From Chlorokybus atmophyticus (lineage: Eukaryota > Plantae > Mesostigma and Chlorokybus algae): DNA of 63,845 nucleotides. The position numbers were made by a program, and so were the translations under genes. The DNA is taken from contig RHPI01000818.1 of assembly GCA_009103225.1 (NCBI GenBank), positions 248,001 through 311,845 on the forward strand. The letters are read 5' to 3'. Below are positions 13,201 to 25,602 of the stretch, one piece after another (position 1 is the stretch's first letter; each line of letters begins with the position of its first letter). The notes beneath the pieces are model-generated. The model was not told the origin of the DNA. It saw nothing but the letters and a program-made list of their open reading frames with translations, and ran no database searches.

Positions 13201-15460
13201 CCAGAGTCAGTCAGTGGATAGTCAGTTATGGTGGAAGTACTGGCAGGTAATAAGCAACCCACAAGTGAGTGAGTCCCTGTGCAGCAACATTGACATGCTC
13301 CTTGACACATACACGCGCATGCCCAAGCACAAGGGTGAGGGCGAAACAACTGTGTCGACACTGTGTCAACACACTGCGCAACCATGTGCGCCTCGACACA
13401 CTACCAAATCTTGTCCGGGTTGTGTGACTGAAATGTCATGTAACGACAGACATCAAGTTGTATTGTGTTGCATGTTGACTGCACTACCTCAACCACGTTG
13501 GCACACAGTGTACCAACGTGGAGGTAGCAACTTGAACGTGAGTGTGAGGAGACAGGATGCTCTTGAATCTTGGTTGTTTTTTGTGTTTGTATTGGGGCAT
13601 TGCTTGGCAGGGGAGGTGAGAGTTTGTCTGCCAAGGGTCCTTCTCAGCCTGCAGGTCAGCAACACAATGAATGTTGCATGTGGCACGCATAAAACGGTGC
13701 ACCATAATGCCTGAGGTAGATATCCCATGCACATGATTACAGACGCACGGTTGCCTGTGCAATTGTCGTTGCCACAAAGATATGCAAGACAGGAGCACTT
13801 ATAGATGTGTGTGTGTACCCCGCCGTCAGACACCTTTTCATCATTCCACATAGTACGTTGATAGGAGTGCGACTGAGGTGGGGAGAAACCTTTTCTATGG
13901 CTTTCTATAGCTGCACGCGCACGCACTCGTTGTCGTAATGCAGGCGTCTATAACCTGGCGGGCGAGGATGCTCTTCAATTGTTATGCAGTGCGTCTTCTT
14001 TTTCTGGGGTAAGGTCCTTCGTGTATGTTGTTGCCGCACACGCATCTCGTACGCACATGCATGCCAACGCAATCGCGCACACGCGCTGATGCAAGTACAG
14101 ACGCAGGCGTTCATGCCCACCCCACCCACCCACCCACCGACACACACCCCAACACCCTAACACACATTGTCACCCACAGACACAGAGTTCTGACTCATGC
14201 ATGCGGTTATATACATGCACAGCTTCGTCTGCTAAAACACATCTCATGGTGTATATGTGTAACAAGTGGGAACCTGCCCGTGCTTTTGCCAACATGAATG
14301 CGCACAAATGCGAACGCGAATACAGATGCAGGTGCGCACTTACACATGCATGCGCACGCGCACAACAGACACACACAACGCACACGCACGCGCAAGCGCA
14401 CGCACTCACACTCACACTCACACTCACACAGTCTGCGCAGGAGTACAACTTGCCGAGCTCATATGCGTATACTCGCAGACAACATGCGCGAGCGCAGTCT
14501 TCAACTGGGATGCGCATGCAACCGGCAGATATGTACCAGGGTGACTGCACTCGCATTGTCTATGTTGCAAACATGTTGTGCGTATGTGCGTGGTCAAGGT
14601 GTCAGCAGCAAGTGGCTGAAGCTTTCAGGTTGGATGACACTGGGGTATTCGTATAGAGGTACACATAGTGTACACAGTATGTGTGCACATGCCATTGAGG
14701 ACTCGGCAGTTTCTTTGGCCCCCCTTTTCAACAGATGCCTTGATAAGTTGGTGATGTGCGCAATAACATATGCATTGCTTGCGGGCGTGCAGGAGAGTTG
14801 ACCTATCGTGTCCGCGTTGGTTTCTCTCAGCGTTTCTTTCTTTGTTGCAGGGATGGCGACGATGTGGCAGCAACGGCAGTTGGTCGGTGCAAGTGAGTGG
14901 GCCGCTATACCCTGCGCGCATGTCTGTACCCAGTGTTTTGCACAGCACTGCATGTGTCGCAATGACTCCGCCGCATCCGGCAATTGTGTGTGAATGTGGG
15001 TGGGTGGGTGGGGGGTGGGGGGAGTGCATCGGCCGACACGTCCGTTGTGATAGTGTGGTGAGGTAGTGCGGTGTGAGGGTGGATAGTACGGGTGGAGTGC
15101 AATGTGTCACTCTGCTGTGCTAGAGAGCAGGACAGGACATGCTGTATATGTAGGGTGCACCCGTGTATACATGTCTTGGTCAGGCACGGACACATTTTAC
15201 GTTCGCTGCTGTTTTCTGATAATGTGAGTAGTGTTTGCCCATACATGTGTATATGTAGGGTGTTGTGTTTGTGTTTTGAGCTGCCCAGGTGGCCCCGCCA
15301 CGAGGTGAGTGCGCGTAGGCCACACTCGATACTTTGCATGCGCTTGGCAGGCTTGGTCGTCAAGTAGGAGGCAGACGGCTTATCCCTCTGTCTTGTTGGC
15401 GGATACACACACATAGACACACACGCGCACACGCACACGCACACGCCCGCACGCGTGCNN
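4300..15460. repeat. Low-complexity alternating purine/pyrimidine (CA/TG/GC)n tracts interspersed with decayed duplicated modules
   Basis: Many cacacg/gcgcac/gtgtgc tracts (e.g. 5380-5490, 6200-6470, 8230-8345, 14300-14430). ORFs here are His/Thr- or Cys/Val-rich by-products with no domain signature. Shared degenerate blocks occur at ~8625, 10570, 11665 and 13105. Confidence 0.8.
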
Positions 15461-15776
15461 NNNNNNNNNNNNNNNNNNNNNNNNNNNNNNNNNNNNNNNN
15501 NNNNNNNNNNNNNNNNNNNNNNNNNNNNNNNNNNNNNNNNNNNNNNNNNNNNNNNNNNNNNNNNNNNNNNNNNNNNNNNNNNNNNNNNNNNNNNNNNNNN
15601 NNNNNNNNNNNNNNNNNNNNNNNNNNNNNNNNNNNNNNNNNNNNNNNNNNNNNNNNNNNNNNNNNNNNNNNNNNNNNNNNNNNNNNNNNNNNNNNNNNNN
15701 NNNNNNNNNNNNNNNNNNNNNNNNNNNNNNNNNNNNNNNNNNNNNNNNNNNNNNNNNNNNNNNNNNNNNNNNNNNN
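15459..15776. other. Assembly gap (318 N)
   Basis: N run directly after a (CA/CG)n tract. Confidence 0.98.
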
Positions 15777-16734
15777 GGCCCCATGCGGGCTTTTGCTGTA
15801 ATGCAGAATATGCCGTAGTAAGCTTCATGTTCTTCACCGGATGCAGTGAGCGCAAGCCCTGCTGGTCATAGAGCCAGGAGCAGTAGCCGTGACGGCCGTA
15901 CCACGCCGGTGGCATCAAGCCCGCCCACCACGGAAGCAGACGCATCAATGTGAGTGTGTGTGCTGGTGCTAAGCGAGGCAATGAGGCGGGCGGGCGGGCA
16001 CGCGGCAGTGACGCGGTGGCAGGCGATGCTGGAGTGATGGGGACGGTGACGTGTTAGGTGCGAGTGGTGATGGGGGTGGGGTGAGTTGTGAGGCGTGGTA
16101 GTGAGCAGCGCATTCCTAGAGGCACCCGGAACAGAGCCTTGTGGTCCGCACCGTGGCACATGCAAGTGTTGGGATGTCATGTACCCATACACAACAACCA
16201 AGGCACACGCAGCTGAGCAAATCAAGGATTCATTTCCAGCAGCTGACAGCCACTTGATGGATGTCAGCTACTTGCAACTGTTGTACGACTGTTATTGAAC
16301 TGAGTAGCCAATTGTCTACTGGACAATGTCTAGCTGCTGTACAACGCTAGAATTGTTATTGGCAAGCGGCACTACTCGCCTTGAGGAAAAAGCGTCTTTT
16401 CCTGTCTAAGTGGCAGTCTGATATGTACATAAAGGAGGGGCAGCAAAGAGGAGGCAGCCACACCTGTGCAACAGCACTTGTAAGATCAACGCATGCAAAC
16501 TGCCACTCTCCAGCCATGCAACCTTATAACAGCCACATAGTCTCACCTTGGGGTGGAGGAAGTCAGCAACACATGCGGTTGTGGTTGGCAACACAATGCT
16601 TGCCGGCACACACGCGAAAGGTGCAACGATGCAAGCGCTCAGGACAAGCTGAGTTGCGTGTTGGCTGCACGTATAAATAACGATTGTTAGTGTTGTCATG
16701 TGCGTTCTGTAGGAAAGTAGGGCCTAGACAATCA

Positions 16735-19700
16735 TCACTCACAATCTCGGCCATCGGCTTTCATAGAGTTCTCTGGCGGCAACAGGTGTATCCTTTGAGC
16801 AGAAGACAAAAACATGCTGCACAAGAAAGGGCCTTTCAGCACATTGACGCACAATTTTGAAGCGTATTCAGGGCCAGCACGCACGCGTATGCAAACACAC
16901 ACACACACATAAAGCACGCACCTCCATGGCGCAGGTCCGCCCTCAATCAACATCGTGTCCCCGTCTCTGTCCTCATACACCATATGCAAGCGGCCCTCCG
17001 AGTCCCGGTACTCGTTCTTGCCAAGCTTGAACAGCTGAGCCACTTCATCCTCCAGTTGAGTGTAAGATGTAATCCTCTTAAGATCCACCAACCTGCCCAC
17101 GCCTGAGCCATTTTTGAACACCTGCAGCAAAGTTGCCACCCATTAACAACCATGTGTACACGTACTACATGCTCGAGTGTTGGAGGGAGAATAAATGACT
17201 TGCCTTGCAGAAGCCTTGTTCGTGCATCGTTGGAGCTGCTGTTGGTGTGCTGGGTGATGGCGCACGTGTGGGGTGCGGTACAGCATTGACCCCAACATTG
17301 TACGGCGAGTGCGGGTCCGCGAAGGCCACGCGCGTGGGCCAGACAGCTGAGCGCGGGTGCCCGATGCCCACGCCCATGCGCGCCAACTCGGGCCGCCACA
17401 TACTTGAGGGCTGCTGCTGCTGCTGTGGCAAAGCTGGCGGCTCCAACTGCGCAGAAGCCAAGTCTGCACACAATACAACAACCCAACTATCAGCGCCACT
17501 ACCTCACTTCACAACTCTTACAGAAGGAGAAAACTCTTGCAGCTCAACAACAAGTACCTGCTGCTGCAAGGAGTGCGGAGCCCGCCGTTGTGATGCGGCT
17601 CGCGTGCGAGTTGTTGGCATGTGGTTCATCGTTCACAGGAGCTCCCACTGCTTCACCGGCGGGCTTAAGCACAACACCAAACAGCTTAGATGGCGCGGGT
17701 GAGGGCGCAAACGCGGCGGGTCGCTTTGAGGGTGGTTGAGGAGGGGGTGGAGGTGCTTCGAAGGGTGAGGGGAGGAGTGGGAGCGTCCTTGGTGGAGCCT
17801 GCTTGTAGTCGTGGTAGCGAGGTGGGCTCGTGCTCGCGCTCGCGCGCGGCCCGTGGTGGTGGTGAGAGTGGGCCAAGTGAGGCTTGCCGTATTGGATGGC
17901 GGGGGTGTCGGCGGAGCCGACAAAGTCCATCGCCTCCCAATGGCGCTTGCGCGTCATTAAAGGCGCGCTGTCGGCAATGAACGTCGAGTCCACCTGCTCG
18001 ATGTCCCAAGGACTCACGCGAGGAAGCTGACCGGAGTGCTCGTAGTCACGCATGTCTGGATCATCCCAACGCACCTGCAATCAACATGTCAATGCCCACT
18101 CAATGCCCGGTCACATGTGGTTTCACACGTACGCGCGTGCACAAATCCATATGCACGCAAGCAAACAAAGCACACACTGTACCAACTCACCTGCAGACAC
18201 CTCCAGAGTGAGTTGGCCCATCGTGTTGGCCATGCGTCCGACACGCCCGCGATGGTGCCGGTGCACCAGTAGACTCCAAAGTCCTCACTCTTGCAAGCGA
18301 TCTTGAACCTCTGTCCGACGCTCCACTGCTGTTGGGCTGCGCCCGCCACACGGCTTCGCAGGAGGATGGGTCCCGCGCTTCCACCCGCCGTCGGGTGGTA
18401 TTCTACCGTGAAGGTCTGACCTGACGCCGCAGCCCTGGCGGCAGCCAACACGATCTCTAGAGGCTGACGGCTGCTGCTGGGGATGCCTGGACCACGTCTG
18501 GAGTTGGGACCCTTGCCGCCGCTGACGCTGTTGTTGGTGGTGGCGCTGTTGCCGTTGGCGGCAGGGGGCTTGGCGTCGTTGCCGTTGTTGTTGGCACGCA
18601 TGTTGCGAAGCTCGTTTGCTGCTGTCTGTAACAAGAGACGAGTGCGGGTGAGCAACAGTGTGAGGTGTGCGCGCACCCACTTACCCACCCACCACACACA
18701 CACACACACATACACATACACACACACAGAGAGACTGACCTCTGTCTCTGAAAGTGCGGGGTCTTTTGATTGGGTGCTGAGGCGTGCATGAGCCACGTGG
18801 CGGACATCCACCGTGCCCGGGGGCGAATGCGCGGTCTGGGAGTTTCTGTGTGAGCGCCGGATGCCTAGCCGGAGGCTACCATCACGCATGCGTACGAAGA
18901 TAATGGCATCTCCCGCGACGAGCTTCTTTGCTGTGGCGAACGCTCCCCACCCTGTCGTGAAGAGGTGTCGCTTGGGTGTGCCTCGGTAAATGTGTCGGAA
19001 GGGCCACTCCTCGTTGTGGACGTCCCGCGCGGTGATTGCCTGCGCGGGCGGGTGCTCTGAGTAGTCCAGAGGCGGGAGACACGTGTCCGCGATGGTCCTC
19101 GGCACGCTGAACCCACCGCAGGTGCTCACGTCGCTCGGCGTGAGCACCTTTGCTATCGACACCAACGGAGGGTGGCCGCGTGCGTCCTCAATATCGTGAG
19201 ACGGGTCAGCCCGTCCCGGTGAAGTGGTGGCATGCTCGCATGGCACCAATGTGATGCGCGCAAACACCTCGTCTGTTGCCGGATCAGCCTGTACGAACAT
19301 CCACATCCACGTGAGCTCCCATACGTTGTATGATTGGGAAAACAATATGACCAAGCATGGTTTGGCTACTTACATACAAGCCCCTTGATTTCACTCTGCA
19401 AGGTATTGCGGATGGCAGAGGAGGCTCCTCGCTTCGGTCCTCAATGCAATATGGGTATCCGATGGCCTGCAACCGGCAGTCACAGGCTAAGACAGATAGG
19501 TGGAGCGCACCCTCAGAACAGCAAGGTGTGATAACGGTGTGGTCACTGTTGTCGCTGTCACTGTCCATCAAAACGTGTAGCACGTTGACCACAGCAACAG
19601 TCAAAGGCAATAGCACATCAGAAACATTTGAAACATGACTCGCCATCAAGGGACTGTGTGTCTGTGCCCACAGCAGACAGTGGTTTAAGCAATGCTGTCG

Positions 19701-20185
19701 CGCACAATGCAAGTCGCGATGGGTGTGGGACACACCTTACAAGCTTGCCGAAGCAAGCGTGCAAGGTGTGCACCGCACCCATCATCACCCATTAAAAAGC
19801 TCCGCAGCTTCCGATGAGTGCCAGACATTGACACGTGGCACCAAGTGCTACATGTCAGCTGCTGCTGGCAAGCACGCCATAGCTTGAAGTGAAATCAAAA
19901 AACTCTTTATGTGCCAAGAGGCTGCTCTACTTGTTAGTAAAATCAGCCGCCAACCTGTTCCTCGTGCGCCTGCGGAAAGTAGAAGACATCCGCTCCGACG
20001 TCCGGGACATGGACGAGGGGTCCGGCGAGTGCATGCCACACGTCCGCCTCCATGGAAACCTCCTTCACGGGGGAGGCTTCCTCGCCACCACTGCGCCCAT
20101 TGCCCCCGCCGCCGCCGCCGCCCCCGCCCGCCCGCCCGCCGCTTCCCGCAGCAGCCTCGTCCTCAGTCGTCACCTTGGCCGCCAT
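16735..20185 (-). CDS. ARF: Auxin response factor (DD1-B3-DD2-ancillary domain, middle region, PB1), 8 exons
   Basis: Exons 20185-19955, 19466-19374, 19288-18740, 18625-18191, 18074-17558, 17463-17204, 17121-16922, 16816-16735. Motifs: VWHALAGPLVHVP..VFYFPQAHEEQ; LPSAIPCRV; ADPATDEVFARITLVP; B3 KVLTPSDVSTCGGFSVPR...FRHIYRGTPKRHLFTTGW...KKLVAGDAIIF; WSVGQRFK...WRCLQVRWD...RVSPWDIE; PB1 FCKVFK.GSGVGRLVDL...VYEDRDGDTML. The last exon contains a possible extra GTGAGT donor, so the exact C-terminus is uncertain. Confidence 0.95.
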
Positions 20186-21694
20186 GGCGGCCGGACCCAC
20201 TGCCTCCAATACGGCGGCGGGCGGGCACAGCTTCGCCGCTCCCAAACTCTAGCCCGACCAGGGCACACCAAATCCTCTCCTTGCCAGCCACCTCGCCCCG
20301 CCCCGCCACGCCAACCCCGCCGCCAACGCCGCCGCCGCCGCCTCAGCCCTGAGCTCAACAAGCCAGGATTATTCAATGTTCCGGACAGCCCAAGAACCGA
20401 CAGCAGCAACCCCAAACCGAGACAGGCGCCGTCAACGCGCGGGGTAATTCGCCGGACTAGCCGGAACTATGTTCGCCTCTAACCGGGGTTTAAGCCGATC
20501 CGTACGGTACCGGCGCTTGTTTCCGTGGGCGAAGGGACCCGTGTTATGATGCCAGCGGTTTGGCTAACCGCGGTCGGGGGGGGGGCAACCCGACCGGGGT
20601 TTTTTGACAACATATCACCCCGACGGCGTTGCAGGAGGCGACAGGCGCTTGGCCGGTTGCATTCTCCCGGAAGCTTCGCCGATTCAGTGAAGATGACCCT
20701 GCGTGCGCCTGGACCGAGCCTTCTTGTGTCGGCGGGCCGGGGCATAAGTAGTTGTTCCACTCACCGACCAGTTCCCTGCGGGCCGGTAACGGCTGCTAGG
20801 TCTTCGAGACTCCCCATGTAATGATACCAACCATTGTAGGTGCATGACGCCATAATAATAGGCCGGCCACGTCCGGTACAACCCCTCCCTTCCGCAATGG
20901 CCTGGTACGACGGCGCTCAGTCAGTTGCGCAACCATGAAATGCCAAATGATGAAAGTTACCTCCCACTGCTCCAATGGCAAGCCGTTGCAACCACGGTTG
21001 CCCGTTTGTCTGATGTACAACTTTGGCTCGTATGACTCGGTCAGCAGGATGAACTATTTGCCCTCCGTTGCGGCGGGCAAGTTGTCAACTTCCTGCTGGG
21101 AAATTATTAGTGGTAACCCTTGGTGGAGGCGAGGGGATAGCAGCCTGACCGAGTTGCGGCTTGACCGAGCAGCTCCCTCATTGGACGGCAGTGACGTCGC
21201 AACAAGGCAAGGACTGACGTGTTGTCATCATTATGGTCGTTGACAAGACCCGCTAGTCTGGGAAAATGCACTATCGAAATCATGACCAGTGGCCTTGATT
21301 TGGCGCCGCAGAGTGAGCTGCGCGAAGGTGCTGCGAAGTCTGATGGCCACACAGCGAATCAGGTTGCTGTATGACGCAGTGATAGGCCTCGTCATCGACA
21401 GGAAGTCCCCGGCATCACGTTTTGTGTCGGCACACCCGTCATGTCCCGCCTGCGCCCTAGCTGGCAGCGAGACTGCCAACAAGCACAATGTGATTGCAAC
21501 TGGCACGACTCCCCGTACCGCATGCGACACATGCATCCGCATTGCGGCACGTTACTGTTGTTTACTGCGCCGACATCGGTGTATGTGGCACCCCTGGTCG
21601 GGACATAAGCATATATCGACGTCGGTGCATGTTAACATGTGCACATGCACTGTGTTGGAAGGCGGTGACGTGGCTAGTCTGGGCGACTAGGAGC

Positions 21695-22645
21695 ATGGCG
21701 GCGGCGGCGGCGGTGTTGTCGTTGCCGTCATGCGCTTTGCTACCAGTGGCAATAGGGAGGAAGCCCGTCGGAGCTAAGCGGCGAGGGACGTCTGATCTTC
21801 TGGCTAGGTTGCCTGTGGCGTCCCGGTCTGGCGTGGCCTGGCGGGCGGCACCAGGCCGGACCAACAACAGGAGGGTGTCGACTGTGTGCGGATTGCCCGT
21901 GCCGATCATAGGACCCTTTTTCAACCCTTTTACTGCATTCTTGCTGTACTCAGTTGGAGGTGCGCTAGCCCCAAAATTGAGTTCAGCAGTTGCAGCACGC
22001 ATGCAGGGTCATGAATGCTAGGGTTAACCGTCTCATTGACTATGAGTCATGGTCTGTGAGAGCTTTTCAAGCAAGCAGTTCATGCTGCGCATATGTAGCA
22101 TTGCTTCGCAACGACTATAAGTTTCTGTCATATCATGGCTGATGCATCATGAATTATAATCATTGTGGGTGATTACCGAAGCGGACAGTGCATCATGTTG
22201 GCATCGGCAGTCCCATTGCTTCAACCCCAGTCAGTGGTGTTTGCTGCGTCAGTTAAACAAAGCGACCTCAGTATCACCCTGTAGTAGTACACAACACGCA
22301 TTGTTCATTGCAGAGTTGCCTTTGAACTTGCAATGTTCCCCTCCAGTATTGAGGGCGGGCAAATTGTATTTTGGAATCCTTGTTTGCAAAGCTGACACCA
22401 GCAGTGTTCGGTCAATTGTGCAGTTGTCCGCTTCTTGGGTGGTTTTGAGAAGACGTCCTTCTCCGGCTCAACGCAAAACAAGTTGGGTCTCGCTGCTGCC
22501 TGGCCAGGTATTAGTTTGCACAATAAGGTGCTCTCCATCAATGCATCTCAGCGTGCCTGCTTATGTGGTGTGCGTTCTTGCAGTTCTGTTTGCAGTGTCA
22601 CCATCGTTTCGTGCAAATTTCAAGAAGGCCATATTAAGGACATAG
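21695..22645 (+). CDS. Small plastid-targeted membrane protein resembling a conserved cyanobacterial/algal hypothetical protein, 3 exons (~136 aa)
   Basis: Exons 21695-21959, 22424-22507, 22584-22645 join in frame with canonical GT-AG sites and matching phase 1. Product: transit-peptide-like MAAAAAVLSLPSC...RRVSTVC, then GLPVPIIGPFFNPFTAFLLYSVGVVRFLGGFEKTSFSGSTQNKLGLAAAWPVLFAVSPSFRANFKKAILRT*. Confidence 0.8.
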
Positions 22646-23232
22646 TCCCAATGGGCTTGGGATGCAATGACTTTTCCTGTGCATAACGATAGGTGTACAG
22701 CTATTGGGTTGCCCATCCGCTGTAGTTAACAGCTGTACCATGTTGTAACTTTGTGTACAGGCGTAGTGCATTGGTATGCTCCGTGTGTTGTACCAATTGC
22801 TGTGTGGTATGATAACTCCTGAGGATTGCTTGCACGGACAACTCCCTCATGCTGTCATGCATCACATGTGCGCCAACAGGCTTGAGAGGCGGCTGCGCAA
22901 AATGACAGTAGGTTCGTCATGGTCAATCATGGCATCAATGGTGCACTGCTCTGACCTTGAGGCTTACTGAAGCGTGAGTTGGCAGGCCTTGAGACTGCAC
23001 TCTGACAACTATGTCCACATGCAAGCTCAGAGCCTGAATATGCCAGCATACACGATAGTACTGAGCACCTGTGTACTTTACAAGCACCTGTTGATGCAAC
23101 TGGATACCAGTTGCATCAACAGGTGCAACTTGACACCTGTTCATGCAACTAGACATTGTAAGAACAAGCAGAGTTGTTCTTACAATGTGAGCGAACAAAC
23201 TAAGAACAGAAGGATAACATATTAATCTAAAC

Positions 23233-25602
23233 TTATGCCATTGTTTGGACCACACTCCCACCATCCAGCATGCTGGCACTGGTATGTGTTCCCACGCAAG
23301 GAAAGTAGTATCGGCGCACTCTGTTGCGCGCGCCGTCATCTATCATGGCCAAACCATCCTGCTTGACACAGTGATTGGTACCTTATTTGTCAGCTTGTAT
23401 GCTCCAATTAGACGATGCCAAACCGCAACAAGTAGTAACTCACCTTCATCAGGTAGCTCAGGGCATCCTTGATACGCCCACTACTCCACCCGAGGGCTTG
23501 CTGCAACTCCGCCTCCGTGACATAACCAACTCCCTGCACAGGTGCAGATAAAAATCACCCAAGCAGTCAATACCTGCCAGGGCAGGTTGCAGTAGCACAC
23601 ACAACAGGGCAATGTCTACGGTACCTGCGCGCGCTCTATGACAGTGTTGTGGTCTTTGTTCAGCTCTGTGGGCACTGATCGCACCAACTTGCGCTGCCCA
23701 ACCGTCAACAACTCAAAGCCACCTCCCAATGCCTGCCGCAGAGGTAAACGTCACACATAAACACAAGACATAATAAAGGCTGATTACGCGTGTGTGTGCC
23801 AAACTACATGCTGCGAGGCGCGTTTCTAGATGCATTTGTAGCTATGAACAAAATGCTTGTCTCTGTGTGTGCGATATGGCAGTCAAGTACACCACGACTC
23901 CCAAGCAAAGAAAACAGCCAAGTATGCACATGTAGCACGAGTCGTACATCCATACAGCATGACTTTGGTTCTGCAACATGCAAGTATGCGAATAACAGCA
24001 ATGCAGACTGCCACGCTGCTGGCCAGATGTTTCCTGATAATCATGCAATCATGTTGCAGCTGCTTGCTGACAACAACGGACCTTCAACTTGCCAATGGCT
24101 CGTACAACATCGTCTTCCGACACTTCCCCTCCCCTGGCTCCCCTCTTTGTTACCACCGCCGTGTGCAGATCGCGCAGGTCCATCAGGCCGCCATTAATGG
24201 AACGTGATGCAAGACAGGCTTCCAGTATCTGCACACCTACGCCATCGCCATATCAATCTCGTACTTGATAAGCCAAAAGATAAGAGCATTGCCAATCAAC
24301 AAAAAGTGGGTAAGGACGGGGTTGTCCAGTCTCTCACTTGGTTACAACAGATCACATTCTCTCAAGTGCAACAGCATTGCATGTGCTTTGCACCATAACA
24401 TGTGCTGGCAGAACAGCAACAGAACCATGCTACGTGCATGACAAGCAAGACATCTGCAATTTCCAAGCAACAACTGCAATACAGTATGGGTGTGCGTACA
24501 TGAAGACGAAGCGTGCACAGCAACATTGATCGGCACGGGTTCACCAACGGTAAGTGAGTTCACCAACAGTATTTGGCTTCACCAACGAGTTGAGTTTAAT
24601 GTTGAGGGGACAATCCACGCTTACCGAGTTCATAGTAGAAGTCGCCTATGGAAAGCAGCTGAGCCCAGACACCCTTGTTTGAGGCCAGCGGATCAACACC
24701 CACTCGCGCGCACATCTCATGAAACTGCGCCCTGAATGCTGGCTGACGCCTGATCTCAGCCTGCATCATTGCAGATATCACGCCATGGTGATCAGTTGCA
24801 TAACTCAACATTGATTCAACACATTCATGCAAGCACGTAATACTCCTAAGAAATGATAAGATTCAGTGCATGAAGGGGACTTGCTCTCAAGTACCTTGTA
24901 TTTGTGCGCAAAGTTCTCCAGTGACGTCTTGAAGGTGGCCAACTGCTCGGCCAGCTCCGCCAAGCGCACGCGCGCAACATTCTCCCCTAGAGTGCGGTAT
25001 TGCTCCTGCCGTTAGCAACACAACACTCTTTGACTGTGCCAACAGGAAGCTGGCACTTGACTGCAGCAGCGTTGCACCTTTTACTAATTTTGATACTGGT
25101 TAAACTGTTTCATTACCGAACGCGACGTTGTTGACAAAGGCTCACCATGCCCTGAGTAACCGTGCGCGTAGCTGTGTGAATTGGTCAAACAAGCATTGTG
25201 CAAGTGTTTGCTAGCACGTGAAGGCACTGACACCACATGCATGCAGCTGGTGTGGCAGCCGCGGCACATGTGTGAGTCATTTCAGCCACTTCAAATAACG
25301 GATAAGAACGGATTGGCTCAGCGTACAAAGTAACCAAACAATCACGAACACAAACAGATAGCATATGACCATGCATGCTTGTCACTGGCAACTTGACAGG
25401 ACATGGTTTCAAGTAATTAAGTACTCAGTTTTTTTGCGTTGCCCAAAGCGCTTGCTCAAAGCACATGACTAAGAGCGCAGAATGGTCAATGACACGAATG
25501 TTGTCTTCACCGCTGAGCCTATGCCTTACACAGGGAGGCAGAGTGCCTTACCTTGGCCGCATTCGCGTGCTGCAGGCCGGCCACACCAGGCCGGCGCCGC
25601 AT
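23233..25602 (-). CDS. SNF8: ESCRT-II subunit SNF8/VPS22, 7 exons
   Basis: [11 protein letters not shown] start at 25602. Then [11 protein letters not shown]...[13 protein letters not shown]; [53 protein letters not shown]; [23 protein letters not shown]...[14 protein letters not shown]; DGLAMIDDG...RYYFP. Stop TAA at 23235-23233. Confidence 0.95.

Noticed and set aside
13940-14000. GVYNLAGEDALQLL resembling the LytR-CpsA-Psr GxxxLxGEQAL motif
   Set aside because: The match is too short, the paralogous copy at 11430 has a frameshift and stop, and no other LCP motifs were found.
4200-16400. Numerous 60-270 aa ORFs rich in His/Thr/Ala or Cys/Val
   Set aside because: They are translations of (CA/TG/GC)n tracts, appear on both strands and have no domain motifs.
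16735-20185. miR160 target site as in land-plant class C ARFs
   Set aside because: No match to the GGCATACAGGGAGCCAGGCA-type site was found in the exons.
20571-20596. GC-rich hairpin CGGTCGGG...CCCGACCG in the ARF upstream region
   Set aside because: Only 8-bp arms around a G run; plausible by chance.
20397-21575. TGTCGG/TGTCTC AuxRE-like hexamers upstream of ARF suggesting autoregulation
   Set aside because: A few hits (20397, 20419, 20727, 21425) are expected by chance in GC-rich DNA, and none has a canonical ARF spacing.
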